Source: Bugula neritina (Eukaryota > Animalia > Bryozoa). Taken from it: DNA of 12,402 bases. Where the stretch lies: NCBI GenBank assembly GCA_964035545.1, contig CAXIUT010000080.1, forward strand, positions 1 to 12,402, read 5' to 3'. Shown piece by piece: positions 10,401 through 12,402 of this stretch. The translations under genes and the position numbers were made by a program. Positions within the stretch are counted from its first letter, which is position 1. Every line of letters begins with the position of its first letter. A model generated the notes under the pieces. That model saw only the letters and a program-made list of their open reading frames with translations, made no database searches and was not told where the DNA came from.

Positions 10401-11718
10401 TGACCAATGCAAAGCTCATGCCTAAAACGGTGACTGCACTGAATGCTTCAAAGGTTATGATCTTAAAGAAGGAAAGTGTATGTTCTCTGACTTCAACAAC
10501 GCCAAGCCATCTGACTCAGGTTGTGCTACTTGGGACTGGGATAATCAAGTATGCCTTGCTTGCTCTAACCAATGGGTCTTCAATGCCGAAAAAGTTTGCG
10601 TTCCAGTATCTGACCAATGCAAAGCTCACGCCTAAAACGGAGATTGTACTGAATGCTTCAAAGGATACGACTTGAAAGAAGGTAAATGCCTCTTCTCTGA
10701 CTTCAACAACGCCAAACCTTCTGATTCTGGATGTGCTACTTGGGATTGGGACAATCAAAAATGTCTTGCCTGTTCAAAACAATGGGTTTTCAATGCTGAG
10801 GGAGTTTGTGTTCCAGTATCTGACCAATGTAAAGCTCATGCCTAAAACGGTGACTGCACTGAATGCTTCAAAGGTTATGATCTTAAAGAAGGAAAGTGTA
10901 TGTTCTCTGACTTCAACAACGCCAAGCCATCTGACTCAGGTTGCGCTACTTGGGACTGGGATAATCAAGTATGCCTTGCTTGCTCTAACCAATGGGTCTT
11001 CAATGCTGATAAGGTCTGCGTTCCAGTATCTGACCAATGCAAAGCTCACGCCTAAAACGGTGACTGCACTGAATGCTTCAAAGGTTATGATCTTAAAGAA
11101 GGAAAATGCCTCTTCTCTGACTTCAATAATGCCAAGCCTTCTGACTCAGGTTGCGCTACATGGGACTGGGACAACCAAAAATGCCTTGCTTGCTCAAACA
11201 AGTATGTCTTCAATGCTGAGGGAGTTTGTGTTCCAGTTTCTGACCAATGCAAAGCTCACGCCTAAAACGGTGACTGCACTGAATGTTTCAAAGGCTATGA
11301 CCTTAAAGAAGGAAAATGTGTTTTCTCTGACTTCAACAACGCAAGACCTTCCGATCTTGGATGTGGTACTTGGGATTGGGACAACCAAGTTTGCTTGAAA
11401 TGTTCTCATAGATGGTTCTTCAATTCTAACAAACATTGCGTTCCAGTTGATGATAACTGTAACAACTACAATGACGATGGATCATGTGCTTCTTGTTATT
11501 CAGGATATGCCCTTAGTGAAGGAGTTTGTTTATCTGTTAACCCTCTTTGCAAGACCCTTGATGAAGATGGAGCTTGTACTTCATGCTACCGCCAATACAT
11601 TCCTCACAACGGAAATTGCGTTCCTATTTCTAAGCTCGCCAATATACTATTATACTATGCTGAATGTTGCCCTTAGAAACTTGAAGAAATCAAAGAAGCT
11701 GCAGATAAAGCCAATTGA
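7465..11718 (+). CDS. Secreted Cys-rich tandem-repeat protein (~1417 aa), apparently intronless
   Basis: ATG 7465 with signal peptide MSKSYLLLLLLLLVGQIAS. A single frame with no TGA until 11716-11718, containing 19 TAA and 2 TAG. The 8-Cys period is maintained across these codons. No obvious C-terminal TM or GPI signal. Confidence 0.9.
8173..11460 (+). repeat. 210-bp (70-aa) coding tandem repeat, ~15.6 copies
   Basis: Unit FSDFNNAKPSDSGCATWDWDNQVCLACSNQWVFNADKVCVPVSDQCKAHA*NGDCTECFKGYDLKEGKCx. The KAxA landmark recurs every 210 bp from 8311 to 11251. Confidence 0.97.
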
Positions 11719-12298
11719 AATGATTTTATTTGATAAGATAATATTACACTCTTCATTATTTAATCCCTTACTTTAAAAGTATAAAATACTTAATTAAAAG
11801 TAAAATAATATAAAATATAGATAGATATCAACTCTTCTTCAGACAATTTCTCTATGATTATTTAACTTTAAAGTTTAGATCTGTTCTTATTTATGAAATA
11901 AATCATTCTGTGAGTCTTTTTAGTATGTTATTGATATTTGTTGTAGAAAATTTAGATTAATAAATCTCACTTCTTTCCTCTTTAAACCATCAAATCTTCA
12001 AAAATATCAAAAGAAAGATAAACAATATCAAAAAGAAAATCTAAAAATATTCTTCTTGTATCAAAATCAACTAACAAATCATCTTGGTCATGATCTGTAT
12101 AATGCAAAAATATCTTATTCTATGTTGTGTATTTATCTTAAAATTTAGAAACATTTGACTTGCATTAATCTCTATAAAATAGTTGAAAAAGAGGTCATTT
12201 CTCGAAGAAGTGATGATGAAGAGAGAAAGTTTTAAGTAGTTCAATATTTAATATATAAATTACATATATATTTTATATATTTCTTCAGATAAAATGAA

Positions 12299-12402
12299 GG
12301 GGTTGGGGTTGGGGTTGGGGTTGGGGTTGGGGTTGGGGTTGGGGTTGGGGTTGGGGTTGGGGTTGGGGTTGGGTTGGGGTTGGGGTTGGGGTTGGGGTTG
12401 GG
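12299..12402. repeat. Right telomere (GGGGTT)n, G4T2
   Basis: 17 perfect GGGGTT units plus GG running to the window end; reverse complement of the proximal left block. Confidence 0.96.

Noticed and set aside
8173-11460. CRISPR-like or non-coding satellite interpretation of the regular repeats
   Set aside because: There are no unique spacers; the unit is 210 bp, in frame, and varies mostly at synonymous sites, so it is a coding repeat.
1592-11718. Genes 1 and 3 as pseudogenes because of many in-frame TAA/TAG
   Set aside because: No in-frame TGA or unexplained frameshift over more than 1100 codons each, with intact Cys periodicity, indicates codon reassignment.
7769-11776. Alternative-frame and minus-strand ORFs from the track (e.g. 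7769-8365, 8789-9205, 9046-9288, 10733-11398, 11447-11776)
   Set aside because: These are shadows of gene 3 and recur only because the underlying DNA is repeated.
12003-12038. Imperfect direct repeat AATATCAAAA(A)GAAA x2
   Set aside because: Short and low-complexity; likely local slippage.

Overview
This window is most likely an entire ~12.4-kb ciliate macronuclear mini-chromosome, capped by telomeres at both ends: C-strand repeats at 1-517 and G-strand repeats at 12299-12402. The supplied ORF track is misleading because the organism reads TAA/TAG as sense codons and uses TGA as the stop. Read that way, there are three + strand genes. (1) 1592-5151 encodes a ~1165-aa secreted mosaic protein with tandem H-type-lectin-like domains, a Pro/Tyr/Lys repeat linker, many Cys-rich modules and a myxococcal-type Cys repeat; it has 20-21-nt introns. 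(2) 5581-6383 encodes 60S ribosomal protein uL2/RPL8 with a 20-nt intron. (3) 7465-11718 encodes a ~1417-aa secreted protein built from ~16 tandem 70-aa, 8-Cys repeats with higher-order structure. The most unusual features are a bipartite left telomere (an inner 20 x C4A2 block that switches sharply to ~57 x C4A3), in-frame TAA codons that often align with Glu rather than Gln, ultra-short phase-1 introns, and two large secreted proteins I cannot assign to a named family.
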